64,000 nt of DNA, taken from contig NIVC01000566.1 of assembly GCA_002269645.1 (NCBI GenBank), positions 434,001-498,000 on the forward strand. Direction: 5' to 3'. This document shows, in pieces, positions 32,430 through 46,500 of this stretch. A model generated the notes under the pieces. It made no database searches. It had not been told where the DNA came from and saw nothing but the letters and a program-made list of their open reading frames with translations. Source of the DNA: Macrostomum lignano. Its lineage: Eukaryota. A program made the position numbers and the translations under genes. Position 1 is the first letter of the stretch. Each line of letters begins with the position of its first letter.

Positions 32430-35400
32430 TGCTTGGATTTGAATCCGATCAAATCCGGTTGGTTACTCTAGCTATTGTTGAAGCATCGTGTCGCTAAATC
32501 TCTTGGCATCGCTTCGGCCTTAATATTTATATAAAAGATGCAAAACCCAACCTGACCAATTAGAGCTTGAGAGGAGGTACTCGGCAGGTTGACGTAATCG
32601 ACGTTCGCTTCGACAAAGCTTCATCAGCTTTATATAGACTCGTTCGCTTCCAATTTTCATCTGAGGTCGTTTTCGTTTTGCCGTCTCCGCGTTGGCTTTG
32701 TGATTCTTTCATGCAGTTGATGGGATAACCATGCAAATCGTTTGCCACCCTTAAAACTGAAAAAATCAAAGAGGCCTCAGATGCTGCTTTCTCTCAATTT
32801 AGCCGCTTTCCTTTGAGCTAAGTTCTCGTCTAAAAATCTCGATTAAAAATTTCCTTGAGCGCAGGTAAGTTAATTGCTTTATCCGCGTCTTCTTTGAAGC
32901 GTTTGAATACGGCTGAAGCGTCTTTTATCATTTTATTCGGGAGAACGGGCAGATTTATATCAAATGCCGCAGGTGCCATGGGAAAATTGCCTTAGTATAA
33001 GAAACTCTGGCTTGCCAATTAACTGCAAGGCTTTTGCCCTCTCAGGTAAGTCTTTTAGACTAGCGTTTTAGACAGAAGCAGTCTCCATTCTTGTCTCTAA
33101 AAGCAAATTAAGCCTGTGTAGGCGTACGAGCGTAATCTTTGCTCTGCTGTTAATTCGCTTAGACGGACTCAGAATTTGCTGGTTTCAACACTTTCTGAGA
33201 ACATTTAACTTTGCAAGGTGGTACATGTAGTACGTAGGTGCATGCAAATGGTAACGTAATTTTGATTGAGTGAGGCTTTTTCGATCATTTAAAATCTGCA
33301 TACAAGCTTATTAAATAATTCCCTGAGCAATCCCGAGCTAGCGGTTCGGGCCCGCGTGCCGCCTCCCTGGGCGCACCCTGCAGGGCCGACACCAGATGTT
33401 GATCGGCCACTGCCTGCGTGCCCACCCAAGGGGCGCCGAGCCCCGCTCGCCCACCTGCTGCTCAGCCCGCCCGGTGGGACACTCCCGCCGGTACCTCTCG
33501 CTGCACCACTCTGACTTGCACTGATCGCGAGACTGTAGCTGGCTCTGACCAGCGGGTGCTTTGCTGACCCCTGTGACGGCGTCTGTTTAATAAAAATAAT
33601 AATAGTAATAAACTATAGTATGTAACAAAATTTTAATCAAAATTTTGGTGGTTAGAGACTGCAATTAATGTTCCAAGGCGACCTAAGCAAATAGAACTGG
33701 TGCAACTATAGAAGTCCCTAGAGGGGAGCATCGGGGGGGGGGAGCTGAGGGAAGCGGGACGGTCCGCATTTCGAAGAAAAATTGCTTAAAATCGAATTCA
33801 AAACTTTGTAGGTCTTCCTGAAACGTGGCAACTGTTTTATCGCATGCAGTAGTTGCGCCAAAAAACATCTGTAACATTGGGACATCGATCGTAAAGTACT
33901 TATTAATCAGCGATGTCGATAGATGTCGGAAACGTCGGCCAACGTCGCCGATCCAACTGGCCCAAGCCCAGCATCAAACAAGCAGCAGCGTCATCATGCC
34001 GAAGAAAGTTTAAACAGCAACGCGTTGGCAATCGATCGGAATAATGAGATCGCCCAACCAAAATATATACCCACTTCCATCCAAATCTTTGGTCAAAGGG
34101 CGGAATTGGCAGTTCTGTAGAAGTACCGGGGAGCATGCAGCTTGACCATGCACCTTCTGAAAACTTGTGAACACACAGCACCTGAGTTTGAGAATGAGCG
34201 CTTTGCTAACCTCCGTTTTGAGCAAATGCGAGCACCGACAGAGCAAAGTACGAGGCTCGTTAAGTGTTAAAAATTCAAAAAATTGTTTGACTGAATGACT
34301 AAAAAAATGACACGCATGTGCTTTTTGCATGCAATTCGTATTTGCATCTGACCCCTGTGACAGATACAAATCTCCAAGCCCGCGGGCCGCAGCGCGCGCA
34401 TACCGAACACAGAGCGCAGCATCGCAGAGTACGCGGCGTTCTATATAGTTACTTCTCCAGGGCATCCCCGTCAGGGTCCAGGCGATCTCATGTAGCGTTG
34501 TAGACCAGAACAGTCTCAACATCCAGATCCCGTCATTCAAAGCCTACGTACCGAGTGTAGTACCGAACATAGGCGTCCCAGGCCAGCAGCCTTCTTATGT
34601 CACTGGCGATGTCCGGCGCGAGTCAGCTCCGATGTTACACGGCAGCGCGGAAGAGAGGCTTCGTCCCCGGCAGCATCTCGGTACGTGTGATCTCTCGGCA
34701 TGTACATGTCAAGGACTACTTAAGTAGACGTTAAGTATACGCGCCGTTACTTTTAGTCATACTTGTTGGTACATGTAGGTACAGCGGCACGATGAAGACG
34801 AAGAAAGAGTCCGACCTTTCGACATGAGTCTAGACAGAATCGTCAAGAAATTATTTACAACCGCAAAAAACGATGTAAAACGGAATCCTAAAGAGAGTGG
34901 ACTTCTATCATGTACGTGTAGAAAAACAGAACAATGTACTATATGTCTAATAATAACACTGGTAATTCTAAAATACTTTACTACATTTTATAGTAATATT
35001 CTAGAGTTATATAGTTATATTCTATATTTTACCACTTCTAAAAGTGGCAAAAATGATGGTGGCCTACTGCCAGTAGTCCATAGTGTATAAGCCCAATGTG
35101 CAAATTTAGAATTGCTCTCTCTAGAGCGTTATGGACATTCAAGCATACAAACCTTAGAGATTTAGTATATTTAGAAGTGTGTCCTCATCGTATGCGAATT
35201 TTTGGAATTCTTACTGCTGGCTAAAATGTAGTGATATTGTTCTCGTACAGTATCATGAGCGTATATAATTATTAGCTAGATATAGTAGGTAACAATTTTA
35301 ATGATTCTGCTTTTTCTAATTCTAATTTACCCATTCTAATGAAACATATTTGATGTTTCTTTTGTTTTTTGTTAAAAATAAGTTCATAAATCAAAATTTC

Positions 35401-37573
35401 ACAACGTGAACAAACGCGACCGTACAGAGCTCAGCGATCACTTTAAGGTCGACTAGGCCTAGGCCTATGCATGATTTTACTAATGCTAATTTTACTTATA
35501 AAAATCTACCTTTGGCTTAATGACTAGCTTTCTTAATTAAATAAGATTTCTTCAATTTTTTCTATATGCTCAAGATACTCGTATAGGCCTAAGATCAATC
35601 AATGTATAGGCCTAGGTCTTTTAGTTTTAGGATATATGCCTAGTTAGGACTAAGTGATCAGCCTAGACAAGCACAAATTTTGCAGGGGCGTAGCCAGGAA
35701 TTTCCTACGGGGGATAAACCAAGGTGAATTTTTTATGGGGGGATACACCTAGGTAAAAGTGCTATGACAGAGTCACATGGTAGCATGTATAGCATCAAAG
35801 GGCACCAAAATTTTTGGTCAGGCTCTTTGGGGGGTAACACCCCCCCCCTATCCACCCCTCCCTATGCCCCTGAAATTTTTTATGTTGCCATTTTTCTATG
35901 CTTCCCACCCAGCCCTAACTATTTTTCCACATATATATCAGCTAATTTAGCAAATCAATTATACTTATTTAATAATTCAAAACTGTTTGAACTTGCTTGT
36001 AATTGTAATTTGTCTTAAATATTTTGTTCACATTTTCTATGATTTTGATTTTTTAAGTTTTAGGCTAGGGCCTAGCCAAAATGACTCTGACTATAAGTTT
36101 TTTTTATAATTAGACCTAAGCTAGGCCTAATAGGACCCAATAGGATATGATTCCTAGATTCCTAGAATAGTGGTATACATTATACAGGATTTTCCATTAG
36201 GAGGCACCATCAATGAGTTATGACAATAAAAGACCTTTTGGGGTTGCTACAATAAAGGATTTTTTAAAGTACACCTAGGCTAGTAAAAAGTGGAGAGCAA
36301 TAGAAAGTCATACTCAGCCTGGTGGATACCATACCACTAACCTCTGTTATCTCCCCTTAGGCAATTGGAATGGCCACAGCCCCCTTGCCCCCCCCCCCCG
36401 TCTGCATATGCCACTGCCTAGAATATAACAAAGTTATAGTTAGACATTCTACTTTTACTATTTAATTTTAGGCCTACTTCATCCAAAGTTGAAGCATAAG
36501 TATTGTACTATTTTTAACTCAAATTTGTACAAAAAGTATATGTAGATGACATGGCTATGAAAATTAATTATGGTATACTATTCACCAAAAACAAAGCTAG
36601 ACAGCATGATAATATGTGTGATACAAAATCCTAGGCCCATGTGTCTATGTCTGCAACATTGCCAATTATTTGTAATCAGGTGGTACTTAGAGGCACATGG
36701 TAGCCATTGCACTATCATTGCCAGTCCAAGTGACAGCATGCATGGATTGCAGGTTGCATGGGAGGTGTTCCAATATATCTGGGCTTTCAACCTTGTTGGC
36801 AAGGATGTTTACAATAGGTGTTGAAGGGCACCTGCTATAGGGCCTAGCCATGTCAATAGAAAAATAGCCTAAGAAAAATTATTTAGCCAAGTGACTATTA
36901 GGCCTAGTGCCTATTACAAATTTTCAAATTGTATTCCTAGTGCAACTGCTATATCAGCCATTTTCCTAGGTTTATTTTTATCATTCCATAGACACTACTT
37001 CTATAGGCCCTAGCTACTTTCATTTTTGTACAAATTTGAGTTTAACAAAAGGAAAATACTTACACCAAAGTTGGTTTATTAATTAAAGCAATTTTTGCCT
37101 TAGCTCAAAAATATATTGTAATGTATGAGTATTTATAAAAATGGCAACGAAGCATAAAGAAAAAAATAAGGATATTAGCAATAACTTGGTAGTAAACTAT
37201 CTTAATTTTATGTCAAGATCCTTAGGTTGGTTTGATTCTAAATATATACAACAATATTAGTTTAGGGCATAGGAACCTATAAAATCTAGGGCCTTCTGAT
37301 TTACATATATTGAAGGTAGAAATAGAAGCCAACCATTTAGGTACTAAACTCATTATATATTGTATTCCTTTGGCTTAACTATACTTATATAGGATTTTAA
37401 ATTAAAATTTTAATCATAATAAGATGCCATTTATATTCTAAATCTCTCTAAGGTTGCAATGCACTTATTCAAGAAAAATTGGTGCTATCAGATAATGCTC
37501 ACATCAGGCTTTTTGAGCCCAGATGACAAATTGCCACCTCATTGAGTTAATTGCCTAAACTGCAACTTCGCAG

Positions 37574-40500
37574 GCATCAGCAAGCAAGCAGCCCAGACCT
37601 GCCCTACACCAGGCCCCATTTTTGCACCTGTTGGACCAGGTAAAATATGGCCGCAATCTGCCAGCCCTGCTGTGCCAGCGACCCACGCAGACCATCTGCA
37701 ACCTGTCAGAGACTGAGCTGCTCCACGGGCCCGAGTTCTCCAGCATGCGGCTGCCGTTTCAAGTCGGCAGCAGTGCAGGCAGCAGTGCTGATGGTCCCGA
37801 ATCCAGCTGGCCCATCCAGCTGCTGTCTATGGCCGAGTTTTCCAGCTGCCTAGCAACTCAGAAGAGCCCCCACCAGAGCACCTGGCTGTATGCCTCCTAT
37901 ATCTACCTGCACCCGGGTGCGTCTCCTCCGGACCCTCAGCTGGCCAAGATTCGCGAACGCATCGATTGGTCTGGTCTGGGCTTTGACAGAGGCTTGGCAG
38001 CCTGCGGCAGCACGCTGTGGATTGGGGGTCCAGGGTCCAAAACCAACCTGCACTATGACGCTTATGGTTACAATATTGTGTTTCAGGTTTGTTTAACACC
38101 TTTAATATAGCTTTAACACCAGTGATATCATGCTCAATCATTATTTGGCATTCTGGACTTGAACAATTCCATGCGAAATAAAAGTCAAGGTGACCAATAC
38201 TTGCATCACGTAAAATTCTATTTGCGACCAATTTTCACTAGGGGAAGGGGAAGCTGGCATCGCAGGCACAGAGTCCGCATATCGATGCCATAAAAGACTT
38301 GAATTGTTGTGTGACGTGTTCCACTATTAATTACTACCTACCGGAGTGTTTCACTATTAATTACTACCTACCGGAGTGTCCCACTATTAATTACTATCTA
38401 CCGGAAGTGTTCCACAATTAATTAATATCTACCGGAAGTGTTCCAAAAGTAGTTACTACCTACCGGAAGTGTTACAATTAATTACTACCCACCGGAAGTG
38501 TTCCACAATTAATTACTATCTACCGGAAGTGTTCCACAGTTAATTACTACCTAATGGAGTGTTCCACTATTAATTACTACCTACCGGAAGTGTTTCACAA
38601 TTAGTTACTATCTACCGGAAGTGTTACAATTAATTACTACACATTGGAAGTGTTCCACAATTGATTATTACCTACTAGAAGTTTTCCTAAGTGATTATTG
38701 CTAACCATTTTCTCTCGGAAACCCAGGTGTTTGGCAGCAAACGATGGACCCTCTACCCGCCTGAGTCCAGCCACCTGCTCAGGCCTACCCGGCTGCCATT
38801 CGAAGAGTCCACCATCTTTTCCCGTCTGTCCGCCCCCGCCTCCGTGCCAGAGGCGCGGCCTCACAGCGTCACCCTGGAGCCCGGCGACCTGCTGTACGTG
38901 CCGCGCCACTGGTGGCACCGGGTTGAGTCCCTGGGCGACTCTGCCAGCTGCTCCGTTAACCTGTGGGTGCCGCTGCCTCACCTGGACGCCGCCTCTCGGC
39001 TCGGCGAATCCCTCGCCGGCCTGATGGTCCGCCTGCTCAGCTCGGCTCCGGCCGCTGCCCAGCTGCTTTCAGAGACGCGCTGGCGCTGCCGGGACGAGTC
39101 GGACAGGCAACACTGGAGGCGGCTGACTGGCGGCGCCGACGTCTGGGGACCCGGCGAGCTGAAGCGGGACCTGGCGACTGCCCAGGAGGCGGCTGCGGCT
39201 GCTGCGGATGCCGAGGCTGAAGCGGCGTCTGACTGCGACTGCGACTGCCGACTCTGCGGCACCGGGGACCAGGTAGGACTGGCAGTTGACTGGCAGACTG
39301 GCAGCCCTCTGCCTGCTCCTGACACCCTCTGCCTGCTCCTGACACCCTCTGCCTGCTCCTGACACCCTCTGCCTGCTCCTGACACCCTCTGCCTGCTCCT
39401 GACACCCTCTGCCTGCTCCTGACACCCTCTGCCTGCTCCTGACACCCTCTGCCTACTCCTGACACCCTCTGCCTACTCCTGACAGCCTCTGCCTACTCCT
39501 GGCACTATCTGCCTACTCCTGACACTATCCGCCTACTCCTGACACCCTCTGCCTACTCCTGGCACTATCTGCCTACTCCTGACACTATCCGCCTACTCCT
39601 GACACCCTCTGCCTACTCCAGACAGCCTCTGCCTACTCCTGACACCATCTGCCTACTCCTGACACTATCTGCCTACTCCTGACACCATCTGCCTACTCCT
39701 GACACTATCTGCCTACTCCTGACACCATCTGCCTACTCCTGACACCCTCTGCCTACTCCTGACACCCTCTGCCTACTCCTGACACCATCTGCCTACTCCT
39801 GACACCATCTGCCTACTCCTGACACCATCTGCCTACTCCTGACACCCTCTGCCTACTCCTGACACCATCTGCCTACTCCTGACACCATCTGCCTACTCCT
39901 GACACCCTCTGCCTACTCCAGACAGCCTCTGCCTACTCCTGACAGCCTCTGCCTACTCCTGACACCGTCTGCCTACTCCTGACACCATCTGCCTACTCCT
40001 GACACCCTCTGCCTACTCCTGACACCCTCTGCCTACTCCAGACAGCCTCTGCCTACTCCTGACACCCTCTGCCTACTCCTGACACCATCTGCCTACTCCA
40101 GACAGCCTCTGCCTACTCCTGACACCATCTGCCTACTCCTGACACCATCTGCCTACTCCTGACACCATCTGCCTACTCCTGACACCATCTGCCTACTCCT
40201 GACACCATCTGCCTACTCCTGACACCATCTGCCTACTCCTGACACCATCTGCCAACTCCTGACACCATCTGCCTACTCCTGACACCATCTGCCTACTCCC
40301 GGCGCAGACATCCCCTTCATTGTAGCTACTTTGAATTCTGCCAACCAATCAAACACTTCTAAGTTATCTGGTGCCGGCCCTACTCCACATCACCGCAGTC
40401 TGTATCGGAGTTTGTTTCTGCCTCCGGCGTCACCGTAGCGTCCCTGAGTCCAGACGCGGCGCCCGTCACTTCGCCACCAGCGCCACCAGCGTCGGGCCGC

Positions 40501-40617
40501 TCGGCAGGGGGCCCCGAGGAGCGAATTCTCGCCGCTCTGGTGGACGCCGCCTGCGACGCTGAGGTGCTGGAGGTGCTGTCGGACAAGTTCATGCTGGCTT
40601 TGCAGGCCTCGCGTTGA
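37574..40617 (+). CDS. HSPBAP1: JmjC-domain protein HSPBAP1 (PASS1); exons 37574-38086, 38727-39272, 40399-40617; start exon not identified
   Basis: TLWIG...LHYDAYGYNIVFQ|VFGSKRWTLYPP..PTRLPFEESTIFS..VTLEPGDLLYVPRHWWHRVESL; HxD...H iron ligands intact; all introns phase-0 GT-AG. Confidence 0.88.
38320..38680. repeat. 30-31 bp intronic minisatellite, about 12 copies, containing CCGGAAGTG
   Basis: Unit approximately CCACAATTAATTACTACCTACCGGAAGTGTT. Confidence 0.9.
39305..40299. repeat. 20 bp intronic minisatellite, about 50 copies
   Basis: Unit CTCTGCCTACTCCTGACACC with patterned variants. Confidence 0.97.
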
Positions 40618-40735
40618 GATTGAGCTGATTAATGACCAAAATGCGCGTGATGAGGTTTGTCAATCCTCTACCATTGCCACTCCGTTACTCTGCCCTGTTA
40701 CTGTTCTGTCCTTCTCACTGCTGTTTTTTGCGACT

Positions 40736-41650
40736 GCTCCTTCTTGTCACTGCTCCTTCTTGTCACTGCTCCTTGTCACTGCTCCTTCTTGTCACTGCTC
40801 CTTCTTGTCACTGCTCCTTCTTGTCACTGCTCCTTGTCACTGCTCCTTCTTGTCACTGCTCCTTCTTGTCACTTCTCCTTGTCACTGCTACTTCTTGTCA
40901 CTGCTACTTCTTGTCACTGCTCCTTGTCACTGCTCCTTCTTGTCACTGCTCCTTGTCACTGCTACTTCTTGTCACTGCTACTTCTTGTCACTGCTCCTTG
41001 TCACTGCTACTTCTTGTCACTGCTCCTTCTTGTCACTGCTCCTTCTTGTCACTGCTCCTTGTCACTGCTACTTCTTGTCACTGCTACTTCTTGTCACTGC
41101 TCCTTGTCACTGCTCCTTCTTGTCACTGCTCCTTCTTGTCACTGCTCCTTCTTGTCACTGCTACTTCTTGTCACTGCTCCTTGTCACTGCTACTTCTTGT
41201 CACTGCTCCTTGTCACTGCTCTTTCTTGTCACTGCTACTTGTCACTGCTTCTTGTCACTGCTACTTCTTGTCACTGCTCCTTCTTGTCACTGCTCCTTGT
41301 CACTGCTACTTCTTGTCACTGCTCCTTGTCACTGCTACTTCTTGTCACTGCTTCTTGTCACTGCTACTTCTTGTCACTGCTCCTTGTCACTGCTACTTCT
41401 TGTCACTGCTACTTCTTGTCACTGCTCCTTCTTGTCACTGCTTCTTGTCACTGCTACTTCTTGTCACTGCTTCTTGTCACTGCTCCTTCTTGTCACTGCT
41501 ACTTCTTGTCACTGCTTCTTGTCACTGCTACGTCTTGTCACTACTCTATCCTTGTCACTTCTATATTCTTGTCACTGCTCCTTCTTGTCACTGCTTCTTG
41601 TCACTGCTACTTCTTGTCACTGCTTCTTGTCACTGCTCCTTCTTGTCACT
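40736..41650. repeat. 13/16 bp minisatellite just downstream of the HSPBAP1 stop
   Basis: Units TGTCACTGCTCCTTCT / TGTCACTGCTACTTCT / TGTCACTGCTCCT. Confidence 0.97.
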
Positions 41651-43074
41651 CCTTTGCCATCGCCACTCCTTGTTCATTGTTACTGTTTGACTTCTCTGCC
41701 TGCCATTTGTCACTCTACTGTCAGCCCTTAGCACTTCCTTGTAACTGGCTGGTCGTTGACTGTTTCAACTTGTCGTCTGGAAGGATGCATATTTTCCATT
41801 TTAGCCGCATTTTTTCCATCTTTTTTCAAATAATGCATTAAGAGAAAAAGTTTTGAAAAAATTCATGGGTTTTGAAACACACTGCAGTTGCTTTCTAAAT
41901 TCGATAAATATCGTATTTTGTTGACAAAAAATTAGTTTATTCCGATTGACCTGCACAACAAATAAAGCTTTTTTAAATGTGTCTATTGGTTAATAATCGT
42001 ATTCTAGTTAAAAGTACGCAGAGTCACATCGCGAGTCTAAAAGTACAAGTACATTATTATGCGTTCAAGGTGCCACAGGGTTGGGTATCGATTGGTGAGA
42101 CGCACAGCAATAAAAGATAAACTCGCTAAATAAGCAGTTTGCTACACTAAATAATTAATAAAACAAACAAAACGGACATTTTGAGTCCAAATGATTAAAA
42201 CAAACGCCGCAACTAATATTCAAAAGCGCGTCACTTGTGACTGAGCAGCTATTGCCATAAACGCATCAATAAAATTATGAATGATTGGAAAATTCAACTA
42301 AAAACAGCGATGCTAAATATAAAAGAATAATAAAAATTCTTATGTCGATGCTTACAACCATTGATTTGTGCGCGATTCCACTACTTAGGCGGATAAGTAG
42401 TAAGTAACGCTAGTACTATAAGTAGCTATATCTAAAATATCTAGAAAACTGGTGTCCTATAGTGTTTGAGAATCTTTAACGAGCGATAATAGAGCGTTTA
42501 GCAATGTATATGGCAGATATAAAAATTGTCTAAATCGCAAATAGAACAAATTCATTATGCTAATTAGAGCAATTATACACCCTTATGCAGCGTTCATCGA
42601 ATTATTCCAATAAAAATCATAAGTGAGGGAACGCAAAGTTCAGTCCTGGCATTATTTCAATTAGTTAATTGTTACTATAGTGCATTAAAACAAGCTTGAA
42701 GTAACGACAAAAAAATAAAGAAAATTAAAACCAATACATTAGTTAATACATTGCTATGTAATTTACCCCAAGCCAATAAAATATTCCAAGTATGCAGAGC
42801 ACAGAAAATTCCAATACGCTTTTTTGTGGCAACAATTTTCCAGCAATATTTTCTATTATAATTTCGAATGCGAGCGTAAATTAACTGTTGAAAATGAAGC
42901 AATTTTTAATGCGTCAACATGGGCACAGGAATTTTCAATTGCCGTGATGCAAAGCGATGGAACTCCAGAAAGAGCATGGGGCTCTGTCTAAACGATGAGT
43001 ACTACTGATGAAGTTAATTATTAGATGGGTGGAATACTATGATGTGCTATATAATTGATAATAGTAATTGATTA

Positions 43075-43344
43075 CACCTGCCTAATGGGCAGATGTGCAA
43101 CCGACAGCTCAGCCGCAGCTATTGCGCGGCGCATCTGAAGGCTGCATACGGCTGTTCAGTCCAAGGACTGGGGGGTCGCCACACACACCTTCAATTACCC
43201 CAGCTAATGCTGGTGCCCATTTTACAGCTGAGTGAACTGAAGCAGTGCAGAGTCTTGTTCAAGTACACAAACTGCTCCAGTGGGATCGGGAATCGAACCC
43301 CTGACCTTCAAGTTGTGAGTCAAGCGCTTTAACCACTAGGCTAC
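43075..43344 (-). mobile_element. tRNA-derived SINE
   Basis: Head GTAGCCTAGTGGTTAAAGCG (A box) and GGTTCGATTCC (B box); the anticodon stem does not pair; followed by a non-tRNA body (CACTCAGCTGTAAAATGGG). Confidence 0.75.
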
Positions 43345-43595
43345 AACACATGTACTATATGCATATAGCGTAGTGACTTCTCTTCGATCCCTGAGAAATG
43401 GCACAAATACAGGTGACCAAAATCAAGGCTGTGATTCAAGCTACATTTCAGAGTGCCGCATCTGGAGTTCCACACCAGGATAAACAATTTTTTTTTAAAT
43501 CTTGCAGATGTTTGTTTAAATTATATAATAGAGCAAAAACGATAAACAGGTTTTCAAGTTTGAAACAATTTCAACAGACTTCCCTAGAAGGTTGA

Positions 43596-46500
43596 TTAGT
43601 ATCCGTACCCTCCGCTCCGGTACTGACCGCCCATGCCTTGTTGCTGCTGCTGCTGCTGCTGCTGCTGCACTCTGGGAGTGGCGCTGTAGATGTCGCTGTA
43701 GCCCTGCTGCTGCTGCTGCTGCTGCTGCGGCTGTGTTGTAGGATTGTAGGGCGCGTGTGCCGGGCTCCTGGGCGCATTGCCGGCTGCAATAATGGCCGTT
43801 GGCGTTAATTCAGATAGGAGGTCAGGTGTGTGTCGCGCTTGAATAATTATGGATGACAATCAAGCTCTTATTGGCGAAAGCTTTTCCGCACTTTTAGAAA
43901 CAGCTGTTGATGCCATAAAACCACAGATACTAAAATAACTAGATGGGCCACTCAGAGAAATATACTTAGTAAAACAGCTTTTTACTTTCAGTTCAGTAGC
44001 AAAGAAGAATACATAAGCTATTTTATAAAGATAAAGGCAGGGGCCCGTGCTATAGAATACTCTTAACTCCTAAATCCTTAAGAGTGTCCTAACTCCTAGC
44101 TCCTAGCTGGCTTTTCTGTGCTATAGAATCAAGAGTCAATTTTAAGAGCTAGGAGGCTCCTTAAGGACGTTAGGAGACTCCTTGGTGAATTTAGGAGAAC
44201 TCATTAAGGTTTGTCGCGTGCTATAGAATAAGGAGCGGAGCGTAGGAGCTAGGAGCTAGGAATTGCCGTTTAGGAGTGAGTTTTAGGAGTGCGTGTCCTA
44301 TAGAAGGAGCGAAACTCATTTCTAGCTCCTAACTCCTAGTTAGGACTTCAAGGGCCAAATTTCACTCTTAGGTTATAGTAGGATCGTGTGATTCGTTTCT
44401 TTTTTCATGTTTTCGGACAGTGAGCTAGGCTCGGACGATGAGGGAGCTAATGATCGACGACCCAGACAATTTAAGCAGAGGATTAACTTTTTTGAAGAAT
44501 ATAATACTGTGTCACGATTTCGGCTCAATGAGAATCAACTCGCTAGCCTGACGAATCGAATTCGAAATCGAATTGAACACCGAACTGGTTGTAACTATGC
44601 TTTAAGTGCCGAGCAGCAAGTGAGGCTTTCGATTCGCTTTTTGGCCAAAGGAGCAGACTATAGAACGATTGGAGATGCACATGGAGTCTCAAAAAGTAGT
44701 GTTTTCTACGCTTCATCGCTTTAACAAACGCAACTTTTTGGTTTGCTTGCATTGTTTGAATTCACGAATTGCTCCTATAGTTACTCCTTAAGGTGCGTAC
44801 ATTTAGGAGTTTATTATAGCACGCAGATTGGCAGACTCCTTAGCCAATCGCCTTACACTCCTTAGAACTCCTCACTCCTATGCTGCACTCCTTAAAACAA
44901 CTCTTAGCTCCTACTCTTGATTCTTGAACTCTATAGCACACAAAATCGATTCGCTCCTTGCTAGGAGCACTCCTGACTCCTAACTCCTTACTCTTTGCTC
45001 TTAAATCTATAGCACGGGCCCCAGATGAAATGACTGATAAGTTTAGAAGCCCACAAGCTTGCAGGCGTAAACAACTTGCTAATTGGTTCAGCAATAATGT
45101 ACATTAGCCAGTCCACTGAAATGTACATACGAGCGCACCAGCTTTAGGCTGGAATTCCGAAGAAAGGCAATAAAATTGGGGCGGGGCGGGGGGTAGTGTG
45201 AAAAGGAGCCGTTCGAGGGTTTATGCTGGGAGTAAGAGGCAATAAAATGAGCCATGGCTTTAAAAATACATTAAAATGCTTCTGTTTAACTTACTACTGA
45301 ACTGAAAGTAGTTTACACGCAAATGTGCTGAGTGGCCTATTTAGTTATTCTTCTAAGTTCTAAGTTTCAAAGCATTCTAAGTTATTCTTAGAATCTGTGC
45401 ATAAAACTGAATTCCCAGTTAAATAAAGAAAATATGAATGTTTTTGAACAAATATGCAAATTTAAAGCCTGTGCCATGCTGAGATGCCATGCTGAGATGC
45501 CATGCTGAGACTGCCTACGCAAGCCTAACTTGCAAGAAGTCCGCAGCTTAAAGATTTTAGTAGTGAAATTATCAGAGGAAAGCGGGAAAGAAATTGAAAC
45601 TGATCGAACATGGCCTGGCATTTCTACTGTTGAACGTGAAGCCCTCACCCTGCATGGCCTCCATGTTCAGCCGGCTGCTGGAGTTCTCCCGATGCTGCGC
45701 CAGCGGAACGCCGTGGGGCGCCAGGAAGTTGGAGTCGCCAGCCGGCAGGTACTGCTGCGGCTCCTCGTCGCGGTCGTTGGCCTCCATGGCGCTGGGCGGC
45801 ACGCCCTGCAGTTTGGACTCGCGCCAGTAGAAATTCAGAGCCGCAAACAGCAGCATGACGATCGTGCTGGCGAAACCGTAGGAGCGGAGCATGCTGTCGG
45901 AGCCTGCGGGTTCGGTTTCGCAGCGATGTGCGAGCGTGGGGCGCCTTTCTAATGTACATCGAATTTGGAAAATGGAAAAATATTCACTGTGGAGACAGGA
46001 AAAATTCATGTTTTTTTTCATAAAAATCAGTGATATTGCATTTGATTTGGGGCGGTGATGATTAACCTGTGTTTTAATCTAGCATGCACTGCATGTTAGT
46101 CTGTGTGCTTGCTAAATTAAAGAGGTGGCAATCTTCACTGCCACAGATCAAATGAAATCAGTGATTTGGTGATGAAAAAGATTTTTCCTGGATATTGGCC
46201 TCCAAAAAACGACACGATCGTTGAGAGTTTTACGTCCTGTTATGCTTCAATAATTCTTGAGTACATACACCCTGTACATGCATGGGCTCAAGCGATGAGT
46301 AACATGGGCGTGTGCCCGCCCGCCCGACTCCTCCAACTTACCGTATTTGGCCGTGACCAGCCCGCCAAAGATGGCGCCAAGCCCGCGGCCCAGGCCGTGA
46401 TGAACGCCCTGCAGGAGGCCCTGCGAGGCGGGCCGGGCCTCCACCGGGATGTTCTGAGAGATGTAGGAGCAGACGGCGGCCCAGGTGGCGGCGTGCGTCA

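Noticed and set aside
33320-33625. GC-rich segment with a (TAA)n-like tail; possible second HDV ribozyme (GCC-TCCCTG-GGC)
   Set aside because: No P1 or P2 partners and no TSD found; it may be a retroposon 3' fragment but this is unsupported.
34010-34700. Coding-like minus-strand stretches (LAWDAYVRYYTR; FRRCMVKLHAPRYFYR)
   Set aside because: Interrupted by stops and not assignable to any family without a search.
35683-36416. hAT/Tip100-like MITE (CAGGGGCGTAGCCAG ... CTGCATATGCCACTG)
   Set aside because: The ends match at only 11/15 positions and there is no 8 bp TSD.
40632-41841. Three 320-390 aa Cys/His/Leu-rich ORFs
   Set aside because: These are translations of the 13/16 bp minisatellite, open in all three frames.
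43280-43344. tRNA gene (Val-CAC-like loop)
   Set aside because: The anticodon and acceptor stems do not pair and it continues into a SINE body.
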